Part shown: piece after piece, positions 42,901 through 51,758 of the stretch
Numbering within the stretch: the stretch's first letter is position 1
Layout: every line of letters starts with the position of its first letter
Assembly (NCBI GenBank): GCA_049967655.1
Contig: JBMFSH010000006.1
Span: 1 to 64,000 of the forward strand
Source of the DNA: Acidobacteriota bacterium
GTDB taxonomy: Bacteria; Acidobacteriota; UBA4820; DSQY01
DNA length: 64,000 bases
Reading direction: 5' to 3'
Made by a program: the position numbers and the translations under genes
Notes under the pieces: generated by a model
The model's database searches: none
Told to the model about the DNA's origin: nothing
The model's input: only the letters and a program-made list of their open reading frames with translations

Positions 42901-44228
42901 TTCTGGCGCTCGGCGAAAGCAGTGAGAGCGTATTCCAGATCGCCCGCCAGTTCTGCGAGCAAGGCCCTCTCCTCGGATTCGAAGGTGTGCCCTTGGCTGG
43001 CGTACACGGTCAAGGCGCCTCGGAGGTCGCCCCCCTGGCGCAGCGGGAGAATAGCCACGAGCCCGAGACCGCAGGCGCGTACCGGCTCCCGCCAGGGCTC
43101 GTACAGGGGATCGGATTGCGCGTTGTGAATGGTGACGATGGGTTCCTGCAGGCGGGAAAGGACGGCCTCGATCACGGGGCACTGAAAATCGCCCCCGTGG
43201 ACGAGAGCGCAGAAGCCGGATGCCGCACCGTTCTGAAAGCCCGCCACCCAGCGTCCGCTCCCTGGCTCCCGGAGCAGGGCGCATGCGAGGGGATACCCGC
43301 CCTCCGCCGTCAGGATGCGGCAAGTCTCGCTCAGCACGGCCCGGTCGCTCTCCGCCCGCACCAGCATCTGGTTGATCGCGGAGAGGGTGCGGTAGAGTCG
43401 GTTTTGCTGTGCGAGTCTGGCCTCTGCGAGCTTGCGCTCGCTGATGTCCCAGACCGAATCGATGAGGGCCGGCTTCCCCCTGAAAAGGGTTCTCCCCACG
43501 CTGAGATCGATCCAGCGCTCCTGCCCGTCCTTCCGAAGGATCTTGAACTCGTAGCGGTGGGGCGGATCGGCCCCGCGAAGGCGCGAGGCCGTGCGCGAAC
43601 CCACGAGCTCCCTGAAATCGGGATGGACCACCTGCAGGAAATGCATGGAGAGTAGTTCTTCCCTGGTGTAGCCCGTGAGCGCCTCCGCGGCCCGGTTGAC
43701 CTCCACGAAGTGCTGGTCCTGGAGAATGAAGATGGTCGCGGCCGCTCCGTCCACCAATGCATGGAAATGGGCCTCCAACTCGTGGAAGCGCTCCTCGGCC
43801 TGTTTCCGCTCCGAGATGTCCCGCGCGACGACAATCCAGGATTGCGCCCTGTTAAACGTCAGAGGGCGGACGGCCATTTCGGCCGGGAAGGGACCCCTCT
43901 GCCGGTGGAGCTGAACGGTTTCAAACACCGGAATATCGGTATTGGGGCTTGAGCGGAAGCGCTCTTCTACGAAGGCAGCCGTTCCTTTGGCCTGCAGATC
44001 GGCCAGAGAAAGGCTCCTCAGCTCCTTTTCCTTCCAGCCGTACATGCTTTCAGCGGCCCGGTTGGCCTCCAGGATGCGCCCCTTGGCGTCCGTCAGCAGG
44101 ACGGCGTCCCGGCCAACCTCCCAAAGGGACAGGAGAAAAGCCGGTCTAACCCCAGGCCCTTTGCCGGAGGCGCTTCGGTTGAGGCGGTCCCGGCCAGCCT
44201 TGGAGTGACGCGTGCGCTGCTCATCCAT
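39987..44228 (-). CDS. Multi-PAS/GAF, degenerate GGDEF, EAL protein (probable c-di-GMP phosphodiesterase)
   Basis: Five PAS-like and two GAF-like regions; RLGSDEF; EALVRW, DDFGSGYSSL, AEGVET, QGF. Confidence 0.92.
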   Translation of the reverse strand: MDEQRTRHSKAGRDRLNRSASGKGPGVRPAFLLSLWEVGRDAVLLTDAKGRILEANRAAESMYGWKEKELRSLSLADLQAKGTAAFVEERFRSSPNTDIPVFETVQLHRQRGPFPAEMAVRPLTFNRAQSWIVVARDISERKQAEERFHELEAHFHALVDGAAATIFILQDQHFVEVNRAAEALTGYTREELLSMHFLQVVHPDFRELVGSRTASRLRGADPPHRYEFKILRKDGQERWIDLSVGRTLFRGKPALIDSVWDISERKLAEARLAQQNRLYRTLSAINQMLVRAESDRAVLSETCRILTAEGGYPLACALLREPGSGRWVAGFQNGAASGFCALVHGGDFQCPVIEAVLSRLQEPIVTIHNAQSDPLYEPWREPVRACGLGLVAILPLRQGGDLRGALTVYASQGHTFESEERALLAELAGDLEYALTAFAERQKREQAERAFREREERFRLLFERNVAGVFRTAQDGRILECNERLASIFGAASVEEMMRHSAEEIFPRSEDREAYLAQLREMGEITNLQWLCRRLDGSPAWILENVTLVDDPRYEEPVLEGSMIDITALKQAEEEVRESEARFKTLAETSAAGILVFQEDRFVYANSSALEIAEASFEELQAMFFWEGVHPRFRGQVRELGRACLAGEFAPRRFDLQIITKHGQRRWVDCTLARAHMNGKPAGVVTLVDITERRRSERLQSALYAIAQASLSADSLDRFLPAVHEALQHLVPARNFFVVLERQETAGLAYAYRADERSEDTPCAAPDHGPERWVFDHRKPLLADASRLRDLAASDEVAAGVLNCTAWLGVPLRLKDRLLGVMGVYSYGDEVRFEPRHQESLTLVASQVAMAIERMRGEEALRNSEHKFRMLTEASAAGILIYQGERILYGNPAALAMTGYSREEFLRLRFWELVHPDHRELVRQRGMARQKGESVPSHYEFKIVTKAGQPRWMDFTASEIPYGGQNAVVVMAFDITDRKQAEEQLAYLAHYDGLTGLPNRLLLQDRLSKHLDNCARGRERLAVILLGLDRFKEINDTVGQEVGDELLRETARRLIRLPNSEASRLGSDEFVLVLAGEERCKGVDAYLRLLTETFRPPIRVASQDYHLGFSAGVSFYPEDGPTPEALLRCADIAMGRAKRYGGATVEFFTESMSRMVSERADLRQRLRRALERGELEAFYQIIQASTSERVLGVEALVRWRQEEGELVLPGSFIEVAEESDLILSIDQWMLRTACTQRRAWNDAGFLQVPVSVNLSARQFLKPGSAALVHAILEETELPSSQLVLEITEATAMWDLASTMRILNQLDEMGVAIAIDDFGSGYSSLMYLKQLPIRLLKIPQAFVRELPLDLRDVAIVQAIINLSHGLHLSVVAEGVETAEQLHFLAGIGCDAVQGFHCARPMPAAELARMLEGKG

Positions 44229-44875
44229 CCGCGGCCTCCATCGGGCGCCCGGAAAGCCCTGGGAATGCGTCGTTATTACCCTGCTCCGCTAGCCCCTGTG
44301 CTCTTTCCATTCTCGATCGGCCTCAAGCAAGTCTCGTGTCCGATACCGCAAAAGTCAACAGGCCCTGCACCTCTGAGTGATTCCATCCTAGCACCTTTTA
44401 GCCCATCTTCCGCCATGGCCTGGCGCAAAGGCGTACCTCCACGCCGCGCTTCGCCTGGTGGTGGGTGAAGAGGCCGAGGTAGCCCGGGGCGGTGGGGGGA
44501 AGGCTCGTGCGGTGAGGTTGCGGTGCGCGGCACAGGAATGCGCCGTTGTTGCACGAACCGGCGCTCATCACCAAACCGGCGGCCGGGGCGACGCCAGGGG
44601 GCTGGCCTGATGAGGGAATTCCTGTCGGACTCGCATGGAGGTCCAGGCAACTGGGTGGAGGCGGGAGAGAGGAAGGGTGGTGATGTCTTCAAAACCGTAA
44701 TGGGGTTGCCTACTGTCGGACACGCCTATGGCTTGACTTTACCCGAGCCCAGGGCCGCGCTGCGGCCCTGGGCGCCCGGACCTCCCGCTGAGCCCGAGAG
44801 GCTCCTTGGGCCAGCCCCTTTCTTCCAAGCCTACTGCGCCCAACCGGCCAGCGTTTCTCGGCCACCTGCGCAGGC

Positions 44876-45856
44876 TTACCAGTTGAGCACGTATCCAAAG
44901 AGCAGCGGCGCCACGATGGTCGCGTCCGATTCGATGACGAACTTTGGCGTTTCCTTTCCCAGTTTGCCCCAGGTGATCTTCTCGTTGGGCACGGCCCCGG
45001 AATAGGACCCGTACGAGGTCGTGGAATCGCTGATCTGGCAGAAGTAGGCCCAGAGCGGCACGTCCTCACGGCGGAGGTCCTGGTGGAGCATGGGAACCAC
45101 GCAGATCGGAAAATCGCCGGAGATCCCTCCCCCGATTTGAAAGAAACCGATGCCCGCCCCGGGACGTGCGTTCGCGAGGTACCATTCCGCCAAGGCAACC
45201 ATGGACTCCACGCCGGTTCTCACCGTATGAATGTTCCTCAAATCACCCGCCATGCAGTGCGCGGCGTACATGTTGCCTAAGGTCGAATCCTCCCACCCGG
45301 GAACGAATAGGGGCAGGTTTCGCTCGGAAGCGGCCATCAACCAACTATCCTTGGGATCGATCTGGTAGGAGTCCCGGAGGGTACCCTCGCGGAGAATCTT
45401 ATAAAAGAACTCATGGGGAAAGAAACGTTCCTTCCGCCGTTCAGCCTGGGTCCACTCGCGCAGAACCGCACCCTCGATCCGCCGCATGGCCTCCTCTTCG
45501 GGGATGCAGGTGTCCGTCACCCGGTTCAGGTGGTCTTCCAGGAGGCTCTGCTCGTCTTCGGGCGTGAGGTCCCGGTAGTGAGGAACCCGGACGTAGTGAT
45601 CGTGGGCCACCAGGTTGAACACGTCCTCCTCCAGGTTGGCCCCCGTGCAGCAGATGGCGTGGACCTTCTCCTGCCGGATCATTTCGGCCAAAGAGAGGCC
45701 CAGCTCGGCGGTGCTCATGGCCCCCCCGAGGGTCACCAGCATCTTGCCCCCCCTCGCCAGGTGGGCCTCGTACGCCCTCGCGGCGTCCATCAGCGCTGCA
45801 GCGTTGAAGTGCCTGAAATGGTGGAGCAGATACTCAGAAATCGGTCCTCTACCCAT
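44876..45856 (-). CDS. Deoxyhypusine synthase family protein (bacterial homospermidine synthase-like)
   Basis: HFNAA, TGANLEED, NRVTDT, IGGG, GSYSGAVPNEKITWGK, SDATI. Confidence 0.9.
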   Translation of the reverse strand: MGRGPISEYLLHHFRHFNAAALMDAARAYEAHLARGGKMLVTLGGAMSTAELGLSLAEMIRQEKVHAICCTGANLEEDVFNLVAHDHYVRVPHYRDLTPEDEQSLLEDHLNRVTDTCIPEEEAMRRIEGAVLREWTQAERRKERFFPHEFFYKILREGTLRDSYQIDPKDSWLMAASERNLPLFVPGWEDSTLGNMYAAHCMAGDLRNIHTVRTGVESMVALAEWYLANARPGAGIGFFQIGGGISGDFPICVVPMLHQDLRREDVPLWAYFCQISDSTTSYGSYSGAVPNEKITWGKLGKETPKFVIESDATIVAPLLFGYVLNW

Positions 45857-46019
45857 GCTTTCTCTCCTCGTCGCGGGCCGCGCGTCCAGGAATCGCCCTC
45901 CGGCCACGGTCGGCCAGATCAGCGCGGCACATCATTATAGCCACGGCCTCCCCCTTTCGGAGCTCCCATCTGGCCGCCTCACAACGAGCTCCTTTTGAGA
46001 AGGTGCCCAATGAGTTGTA

Positions 46020-46048
46020 TTGACACCGTCGGATAGCCGCATTATATT
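46020..46048 (+). promoter_or_regulatory. Sigma70-type promoter upstream of the cobalamin riboswitch
   Basis: TTGACA-17-TATATT. Confidence 0.75.
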
Positions 46049-46053
46049 GTGGC

Positions 46054-46228
46054 CGTCTCCGGTGCGCCCCTGGGCGCCGAAGAGGGAATCCGGTGTGAAG
46101 CCGGAACTGCCCCGCAGCGGTGAGCGGGAACGAAAGCCGCCAGGATGCACTGGCTCCCGAAGCTGGGAAGCGGCGGCCAGTAGGCGGGGGAAACCCCTGG
46201 CCCGCAAGTCCGAAGACCTGCCGGAGGC
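46054..46228 (+). ncRNA. Cobalamin (B12) riboswitch
   Basis: GGTGC..AAGAGGGAAtcCGGTGtgAAgCCGGaaCTGCCCCGCAGCGGT..CACTGG..CTGGGAAG..AAGTCcGAAGACCTGCC core. Confidence 0.95.
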
Positions 46229-46399
46229 TCGCGATACAGTCGCGAGTCAGGGCCGAAGCCTCCGCGGGGAGGCGAAAGGCGCCGGGCATGGTCCCCTCCG
46301 ATCCCGCCCGCTTCCTTTCTACCCCCTCGCAGGTTTGACCGGTTGTAGTCGTATTGGCTGACAGGAACGGGCATCCGCTTCGAGTGGAGGGAGCAGCGC

Positions 46400-46798
46400 A
46401 TGGGAGACGCGATCGAAACGAGATTCGTCGAGATGGTCTTTCCGAACCAAGTCAATCATTACGGGACGCTCTTTGGTGGCCACGCCCTTCATCTCATGGA
46501 CATGGCCGCCTTCATCGCCGCATCCCGCCACACTCGAAAAACGGTTGTGACAGTGGCTACGGAGAGGGTGGAATTCCGCGCGCCGGTCCATCAAGGCCAG
46601 CTCTTGGATGTGTCCGCCACCGTCGTCTCGGAGGGTCAAACGTCGGTCACGGTCGAGGTTCTCCTCCACTCCGAAGACCTCCTGAGCGGCGACCGCTTCC
46701 TGTGCACGCAAGGGCGCTTTGTCCTTGTGGCCGTGGATGAAAAGGGGCGGCCGGTATCCTTTGGCTCGGGCAAGCGCGGCGCGGAGGAGCGTCCATGA
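46400..46798 (+). CDS. Acyl-CoA thioesterase (hotdog fold)
   Basis: VFP...NHYGTLFGG..L..MD, F.APV, FVLVAVD..GRP. Confidence 0.9.
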   Translation: MGDAIETRFVEMVFPNQVNHYGTLFGGHALHLMDMAAFIAASRHTRKTVVTVATERVEFRAPVHQGQLLDVSATVVSEGQTSVTVEVLLHSEDLLSGDRFLCTQGRFVLVAVDEKGRPVSFGSGKRGAEERP

Positions 46799-48819
46799 GA
46801 CCAGCCCTGGACTTTGTCCTCAAGCGCGATGGAACCCGCGCGCCCTTTGATCGCGCCAAGATCTTTTCCGCCCTTCAGAAAGCGGGCGCGGCCACGGGCG
46901 AATTCGGCGCCGACGAGGCCAGCCTCCTCCTTGCCCAGGTCCTCAAGGTCCTCGCCTACCGGTTCTCCACCCAGCCGCCGCACATCGAGCAGATCCAGGA
47001 CGTGGTCGAACAGGCGCTCATCAGCGCGAACCACCTCAAGACGGCGCGCGCCTACATCGTGTATCGAGAACAGCACGCCAGGCTCCGTGAGGACCATAGA
47101 ACGGTGGTCGAAGTGGGGAGCTCGATCAACGAATACCTCGAACAGCAGGACTGGAGGGTCAACGCCAACGCCAACCAGGGATACTCGCTGGGCGGCCTCA
47201 TTCTGAACGTCTCGGGCAAGGTGGTCGCCAACTACTGGCTCTCCCACGTCTACCCCCCCGAGGTGGGCGCAGCCCACCGCGAGGGAGACCTCCACATCCA
47301 CGACCTTGACATGCTGGCCGGCTACTGCGCCGGGTGGTCCCTGAGGATGCTGCTCACGGAGGGCCTCAACGGAGTGCCCGGCAAGGTCGAGGCAGGCCCC
47401 CCCCAGCACCTGTCGAGCGCCGTGGGGCAGATCGTCAACTTCCTGGGCACCCTTCAGAACGAGTGGGCCGGAGCGCAGGCGCTCTCCTCCTTCGATACCT
47501 ATCTGGCCCCCTTCATCCGCAAGGACGGCATGGCCTACGACGAAGTCCGACAGTGCATCCAGGAGATGGTCTACAACCTGAACGTGCCGTCGCGCTGGGG
47601 GACGCAGACGCCCTTCACCAACCTGACCTTCGATTGGACCTGCCCCGAGGATCTTCGGCGGCAGATCCCGGTCATCGGCGGGCGCGAAATGCCGTTCGTC
47701 TACGGCGACCTCCAGCGCGAAATGGATATGATCAACAGGGCATACATCGACGTCATGACCGCCGGCGATGCTAAAGGGCGGGTCTTCACCTTCCCCATTC
47801 CGACCTACAACATCACGTCCGACTTCCCGTGGGACTCCGAAAACGCGGCGCTCCTCTTCGAGATGACGGCGAAGTACGGACTGCCCTACTTCCAGAACTT
47901 CCTGAACTCGGACCTCAAGCCGAACATGATCCGGTCCATGTGCTGCCGCTTGCAGCTGGATCTTCGCGAACTGCTCAAGCGGGGCAACGGCCTCTTCGGC
48001 AGCGCCGAGCAGACGGGCAGCGTGGGCGTGGTGACGGTCAATTGCGCCAGGCTGGGCTATCTCCACCGAGGGGACGAGGCGAGGCTCCTGGCACAGCTCA
48101 ACCACCTCCTCGACCTTGGAAAGACCAGTCTGGAGATAAAGAGAAAGGTGATCCAACGCCACATGGACGCAGGGCTCTTTCCGTACACCAAGCGATACCT
48201 CGGCACCCTGCGAAACCACTTTTCGACGCTGGGGGTCAACGGCATCAACGAGATGGTCCGCAACTTCTCGGGCGATGCGGAGGATATCACGACGGCTGCG
48301 GGCCGGGCTCTGGCTCTGCGCTTCCTCGACCAGGTGCGGGCCCGCATCATGGAGTATCAGAAGGAGACCGGCCACCTCTACAACCTGGAAGCCACCCCTG
48401 CCGAGGGGACGACCTATCGCTTCGCGAAGGAGGACAGGAAGAGGTTCCCCGGCATCCTGCAAGCGGGTACCCCGCAAATGCCCTACTACACCAACTCCTC
48501 CCAGTTGCCGGTGGGCTTCACCGACGATCCCTTCGAAGCCCTGGCCCTCCAGGAGGAATTTCAAAAGAGGTACACCGGCGGCACCGTGCTTCATCTTTTC
48601 ATGGGCGAGCGGCTATCCAGCGGCAAGAGCTGCAAGACTCTCGTACGGAGGGCCTTGGAGCGCTTCAGGATCCCCTATATCACCGTCACGCCCACCTTTT
48701 CCATCTGCCCTCGCCACGGCTACCTGGCCGGAGAGTTCGAGTTCTGTCCCAAGTGCGACGAATTGGCCCTCGCCTCGAGGCGGGGCATGACGACCCCATC
48801 GAAAGGAGATCCGGCATGA
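46795..48819 (+). CDS. nrdD: Anaerobic (class III) ribonucleoside-triphosphate reductase, large part without the glycyl-radical domain
   Basis: ATP cone (KRDG..FD..KI), HIHDL, GYCAG, RSMCCRL, TPAEG, YYTNS, TGGT, C-terminal CPRH..CPKC. Confidence 0.93.
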   Translation: MRPALDFVLKRDGTRAPFDRAKIFSALQKAGAATGEFGADEASLLLAQVLKVLAYRFSTQPPHIEQIQDVVEQALISANHLKTARAYIVYREQHARLREDHRTVVEVGSSINEYLEQQDWRVNANANQGYSLGGLILNVSGKVVANYWLSHVYPPEVGAAHREGDLHIHDLDMLAGYCAGWSLRMLLTEGLNGVPGKVEAGPPQHLSSAVGQIVNFLGTLQNEWAGAQALSSFDTYLAPFIRKDGMAYDEVRQCIQEMVYNLNVPSRWGTQTPFTNLTFDWTCPEDLRRQIPVIGGREMPFVYGDLQREMDMINRAYIDVMTAGDAKGRVFTFPIPTYNITSDFPWDSENAALLFEMTAKYGLPYFQNFLNSDLKPNMIRSMCCRLQLDLRELLKRGNGLFGSAEQTGSVGVVTVNCARLGYLHRGDEARLLAQLNHLLDLGKTSLEIKRKVIQRHMDAGLFPYTKRYLGTLRNHFSTLGVNGINEMVRNFSGDAEDITTAAGRALALRFLDQVRARIMEYQKETGHLYNLEATPAEGTTYRFAKEDRKRFPGILQAGTPQMPYYTNSSQLPVGFTDDPFEALALQEEFQKRYTGGTVLHLFMGERLSSGKSCKTLVRRALERFRIPYITVTPTFSICPRHGYLAGEFEFCPKCDELALASRRGMTTPSKGDPA

Positions 48820-49004
48820 CTGAGAAGACGGCAAACAGGGCGAACGACCGGGGAGAAGAACTCAGGGAAGAGGAGCGCCAGCGGTGTGAAATCTGGACGC
48901 GGGTCATGGGCTACCACCGACCGGTCTCCTCCTTCAACATCGGAAAGAAGGGTGAGTTCTACGAACGGCGGCCCTTCAAGGAGCCGACGGAAGAGCGCTC
49001 CTGA
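48816..49004 (+). CDS. Stand-alone NrdD glycyl-radical domain
   Basis: 62 aa, CEIWTRVMGYHRPVSSFNIGKKGEF; ATGA overlap with the nrdD stop; AGGAG upstream. Confidence 0.88.
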   Translation: MTEKTANRANDRGEELREEERQRCEIWTRVMGYHRPVSSFNIGKKGEFYERRPFKEPTEERS

Positions 49005-49005
49005 C

Positions 49006-49764
49006 ATGCCCGCGTGCGGGCTCCGTCTGGGCGGGATGACCCCCTTCTCCAGCATCGACTATCCGGGCGCCCTGTCGGCAGTGGTCTTCTGCCAGGGGTG
49101 CCCATGGCGCTGCCCTTACTGCCATAATCCCCACCTTCTCTCCTCCGCCACGCGCGGGGCCATAGACTGGAAGGAGGTGGAGCGGTTTCTGGCCAGCCGG
49201 CGCGGCCTGCTCGATGCGGTGGTCTTCAGCGGCGGCGAGCCGACGATGCAAGAGGAGCTCCTTCCCGCCCTCCTCGCGGCTAAGGCCATGGGCTTCTCGG
49301 TCGGGTTACACACGGGAGGTGCCTTTCCGCATCTTCTCGCGCAGGCGCTTCCTCACGTGGATTGGGTGGGCATGGACGCGAAAGCCCCCTTCGAGCGTTA
49401 CGAGGCCGTGACGGGCGTGCCAGGAAGCGGCCTCGCAGCGCGAGAAAGCCTGCGTAACATCCTGGCGAGCGGGTTGGCCTACGAGGTGCGGACGACCCTC
49501 TGCTGGCCAACCCTTTCTCCAGAAGACCTCGTGGTGCTGGGGGACGAACTGGCTGCCCTCGGTGTGCGCGTCTACTCGCTCCAGAGCTGCCGTTCAGGGA
49601 AACCGCACCCAGCGCCCCGTGGCTCCGACGATAACCTTTTCCGGTTTGCGGAGGCCGCGTCCAGAGTGGGCGGCCTCTTTCCCCTCTTTTCCTGGCCAGG
49701 CGACGATCGTGTGCGCTCTCCTGTGGTCCCACCGAGAAAGGGAGCCAGCGCGCGGGAGATTTGA
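49006..49764 (+). CDS. nrdG: Anaerobic RNR activating radical SAM enzyme
   Basis: DYPG, CPWRCPYCHN, SGGEPT, YEVRTT. Confidence 0.92.
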   Translation: MPACGLRLGGMTPFSSIDYPGALSAVVFCQGCPWRCPYCHNPHLLSSATRGAIDWKEVERFLASRRGLLDAVVFSGGEPTMQEELLPALLAAKAMGFSVGLHTGGAFPHLLAQALPHVDWVGMDAKAPFERYEAVTGVPGSGLAARESLRNILASGLAYEVRTTLCWPTLSPEDLVVLGDELAALGVRVYSLQSCRSGKPHPAPRGSDDNLFRFAEAASRVGGLFPLFSWPGDDRVRSPVVPPRKGASAREI

Positions 49765-49808
49765 CCCACGGTGTTCACGGGGACGCTGGGATGTGAGCCG
49801 CCGAGGGT

Positions 49809-49906
49809 CCCAAATTCCGCGATGGAAACGCGGGTGCCTCCGACTACCGCTCGGGTTCACCGGGGAAAGGCGTTGTCTCCTGGACGGGGAGGGCCATGGC
49901 CTTGCC
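49809..49906 (+). repeat. Dispersed intergenic repeat, copy C
   Basis: Matches 8-105 (inverted) and 18570-18633. Confidence 0.9.
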
Positions 49907-50048
49907 GCCCCGAACCGCGAGCTAAGCCCGACGGTTCGGGAGATTGCCTTGCGGGGCCCCGCTCCCCGGGCCAAACCCGTGGAGCCTCACCCCACCCTTG
50001 GTGTCTCGCCCTTATCGACCACCTGTCGGGAACTCTGGCCTCGAATGG

Positions 50049-51449
50049 CTAGAACTCACTGTGGAGGCGAAGCCCGTACACGGTCACGGGGCCGCGTGAC
50101 GAATTGGCTCCCGGGTTGGCGTACCGCTGCACCTCCAGCGAGAGGGCGAGATGGGGGCAGAACGCCCACGAGTAGTAGGTGTCTACCACCCGCTCGGGGG
50201 CATACGCCAGGCGGCCATCACCGAGCTCGAAGCCGAGTCCTCCCGCGGCGAGATAGGCCCGGTGGCCCCCGCTCAGCCCGTTCACGGCGCAACCCATTCC
50301 TACGTGGTCCGCGGGCCGCCCCCACCGGGTTCCATCAGCGGAAAGCCCCGCCGAGAGCGTTCGGTCCACCTCCGTGAAGGCCCAAGTCTCCGTCTTCCCG
50401 TTGTTCCAGCCGGCCCTCATGAAGAGGCCGGCGTGGTCGCTGATGGCCTGTTCAAAGTTGAGCCCGAGCCCCCACTTCGTGCGCCCAGCCTCCCGTGTGG
50501 CCGTGACGTCCGGAGAGGCGGGGTCGCGAAGGAGCGCTTCACGGTAGCTGCCCATGCGGGCGTGGTTATCGTAGACCAGAAAGCGGATGGCCCCATCGCG
50601 CCCGGCCAGCCGTTGCCGGTGCTCCAGTTCGATGGCGTCACCGTGGGCGTGGGAAATCCTGTGGTCCAGACTCATGCCGTTGGCTTCGGCCGGCTCCATG
50701 AAGCTCCCGAGGCGCACGGCCCACCGGTCCCAAGCCAATTCGAGCACGAGGCCCCACGTATACCCGCGGGTATCGGCCGGATAATCCCACGCGGTATTAG
50801 CCCAGAGGCTCCAGTTGTTGAACTGCGTCCTGGGATCGCCGGCGTAGCGGTTCCGGTCGAAGAAGTCGGTCACCGAAAACTTGCCGGCGGTGAGCACGAG
50901 CCGCCGCGACGGGATCCATCCGGCGATCTGGTTCTGATCGTCCTCCACGCTCTCCATCCGCCCTCCCAAGGACCAGTTCTGGCGGAGATAGGCCCGCGCC
51001 ACGTAGCCCTTGAGCGAAGAGGAGGAGACGCGGTAGGTCTCGCCGTTGGGCGGGGAGAGGAGACCGTAGACACCGCTCAGGCCGCTGCCGGCCGTAGCTT
51101 CCAGATCAAGGTACCCATCGGCTCCTTTCCAAAGGCGGTGGCCCGCGAAGAGGGTGGTTGAAAGGGAGCCGCGGGTCTCTTTGCGGCTCTGGAAGCTGTT
51201 GGCCCCTTCGTAGGGTGATGGAAACGCCCCGTGGCCAAGGAGGTTGTAGGTGAGCTGCCAGTGCAGAGAGCCTTCTGCCTGGGCATCGCAGAGACTATTC
51301 AAGACAGCCGCAGAGGGTGGGGGAACACTCTGCGCCCTCAGGGAAGCGGCCGCCAGCAGGAACCCTGCCGCGGCGAGCCACCAGCAATATCGCCGAGGAG
51401 CCTGAACTGCCCTCCTGCCGCACTGATCACGCCTATCCCTTCGAACCAT
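50049..51449 (-). CDS. OprB-family / MnoP-like outer-membrane porin
   Basis: Signal peptide, ARAYLRQ, GKFSVTDFFD.N.YA.DPRTQF.NW, WDYPADTRGY, NPG..RGPV, terminal Phe. Confidence 0.82.
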   Translation of the reverse strand: MVRRDRRDQCGRRAVQAPRRYCWWLAAAGFLLAAASLRAQSVPPPSAAVLNSLCDAQAEGSLHWQLTYNLLGHGAFPSPYEGANSFQSRKETRGSLSTTLFAGHRLWKGADGYLDLEATAGSGLSGVYGLLSPPNGETYRVSSSSLKGYVARAYLRQNWSLGGRMESVEDDQNQIAGWIPSRRLVLTAGKFSVTDFFDRNRYAGDPRTQFNNWSLWANTAWDYPADTRGYTWGLVLELAWDRWAVRLGSFMEPAEANGMSLDHRISHAHGDAIELEHRQRLAGRDGAIRFLVYDNHARMGSYREALLRDPASPDVTATREAGRTKWGLGLNFEQAISDHAGLFMRAGWNNGKTETWAFTEVDRTLSAGLSADGTRWGRPADHVGMGCAVNGLSGGHRAYLAAGGLGFELGDGRLAYAPERVVDTYYSWAFCPHLALSLEVQRYANPGANSSRGPVTVYGLRLHSEF

Positions 51450-51479
51450 GACCTCTTCTCCCCATGGTGGCCATCGCTT

Positions 51480-51758
51480 CTATCGGTTATCGGGTGCCGG
51501 CGCGCTCTTTCCGTCACGCATCAACGGCCCCACCTGAAAAACCTTCACTTCTTGGGCCAGGCCCTGACAGCCCTTCTGAAGTGGGCACCTGCTGCACGCA
51601 CTGGTGCATCCTTCGGGGGACGGTGCGAGAAGCCCGCGTCTTTCGAGGTCCGCCAGCATGGCTGCCACCAGTTCCCGGCTTACACCCATGGCCTCGGCCA
51701 AGTCTCCCTCCGTATGAAGTCCGCCTTTCTTAAGAAGATTCAGCAACTGTGTCAGCAC
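51480..51758 (-). CDS. FeoC-like winged-helix protein
   Basis: DLAEAMGVSRELVAAMLADLERRG plus CTSACSRCP..C; GTG start overlaps the feoB end. Confidence 0.8.
   Translation of the reverse strand: MLTQLLNLLKKGGLHTEGDLAEAMGVSRELVAAMLADLERRGLLAPSPEGCTSACSRCPLQKGCQGLAQEVKVFQVGPLMRDGKSAPAPDNR

Noticed and set aside
44230..44875. Small gene or RNA between the EAL gene and the deoxyhypusine synthase-like gene
   Set aside because: No convincing ORF, motif or structure could be supported
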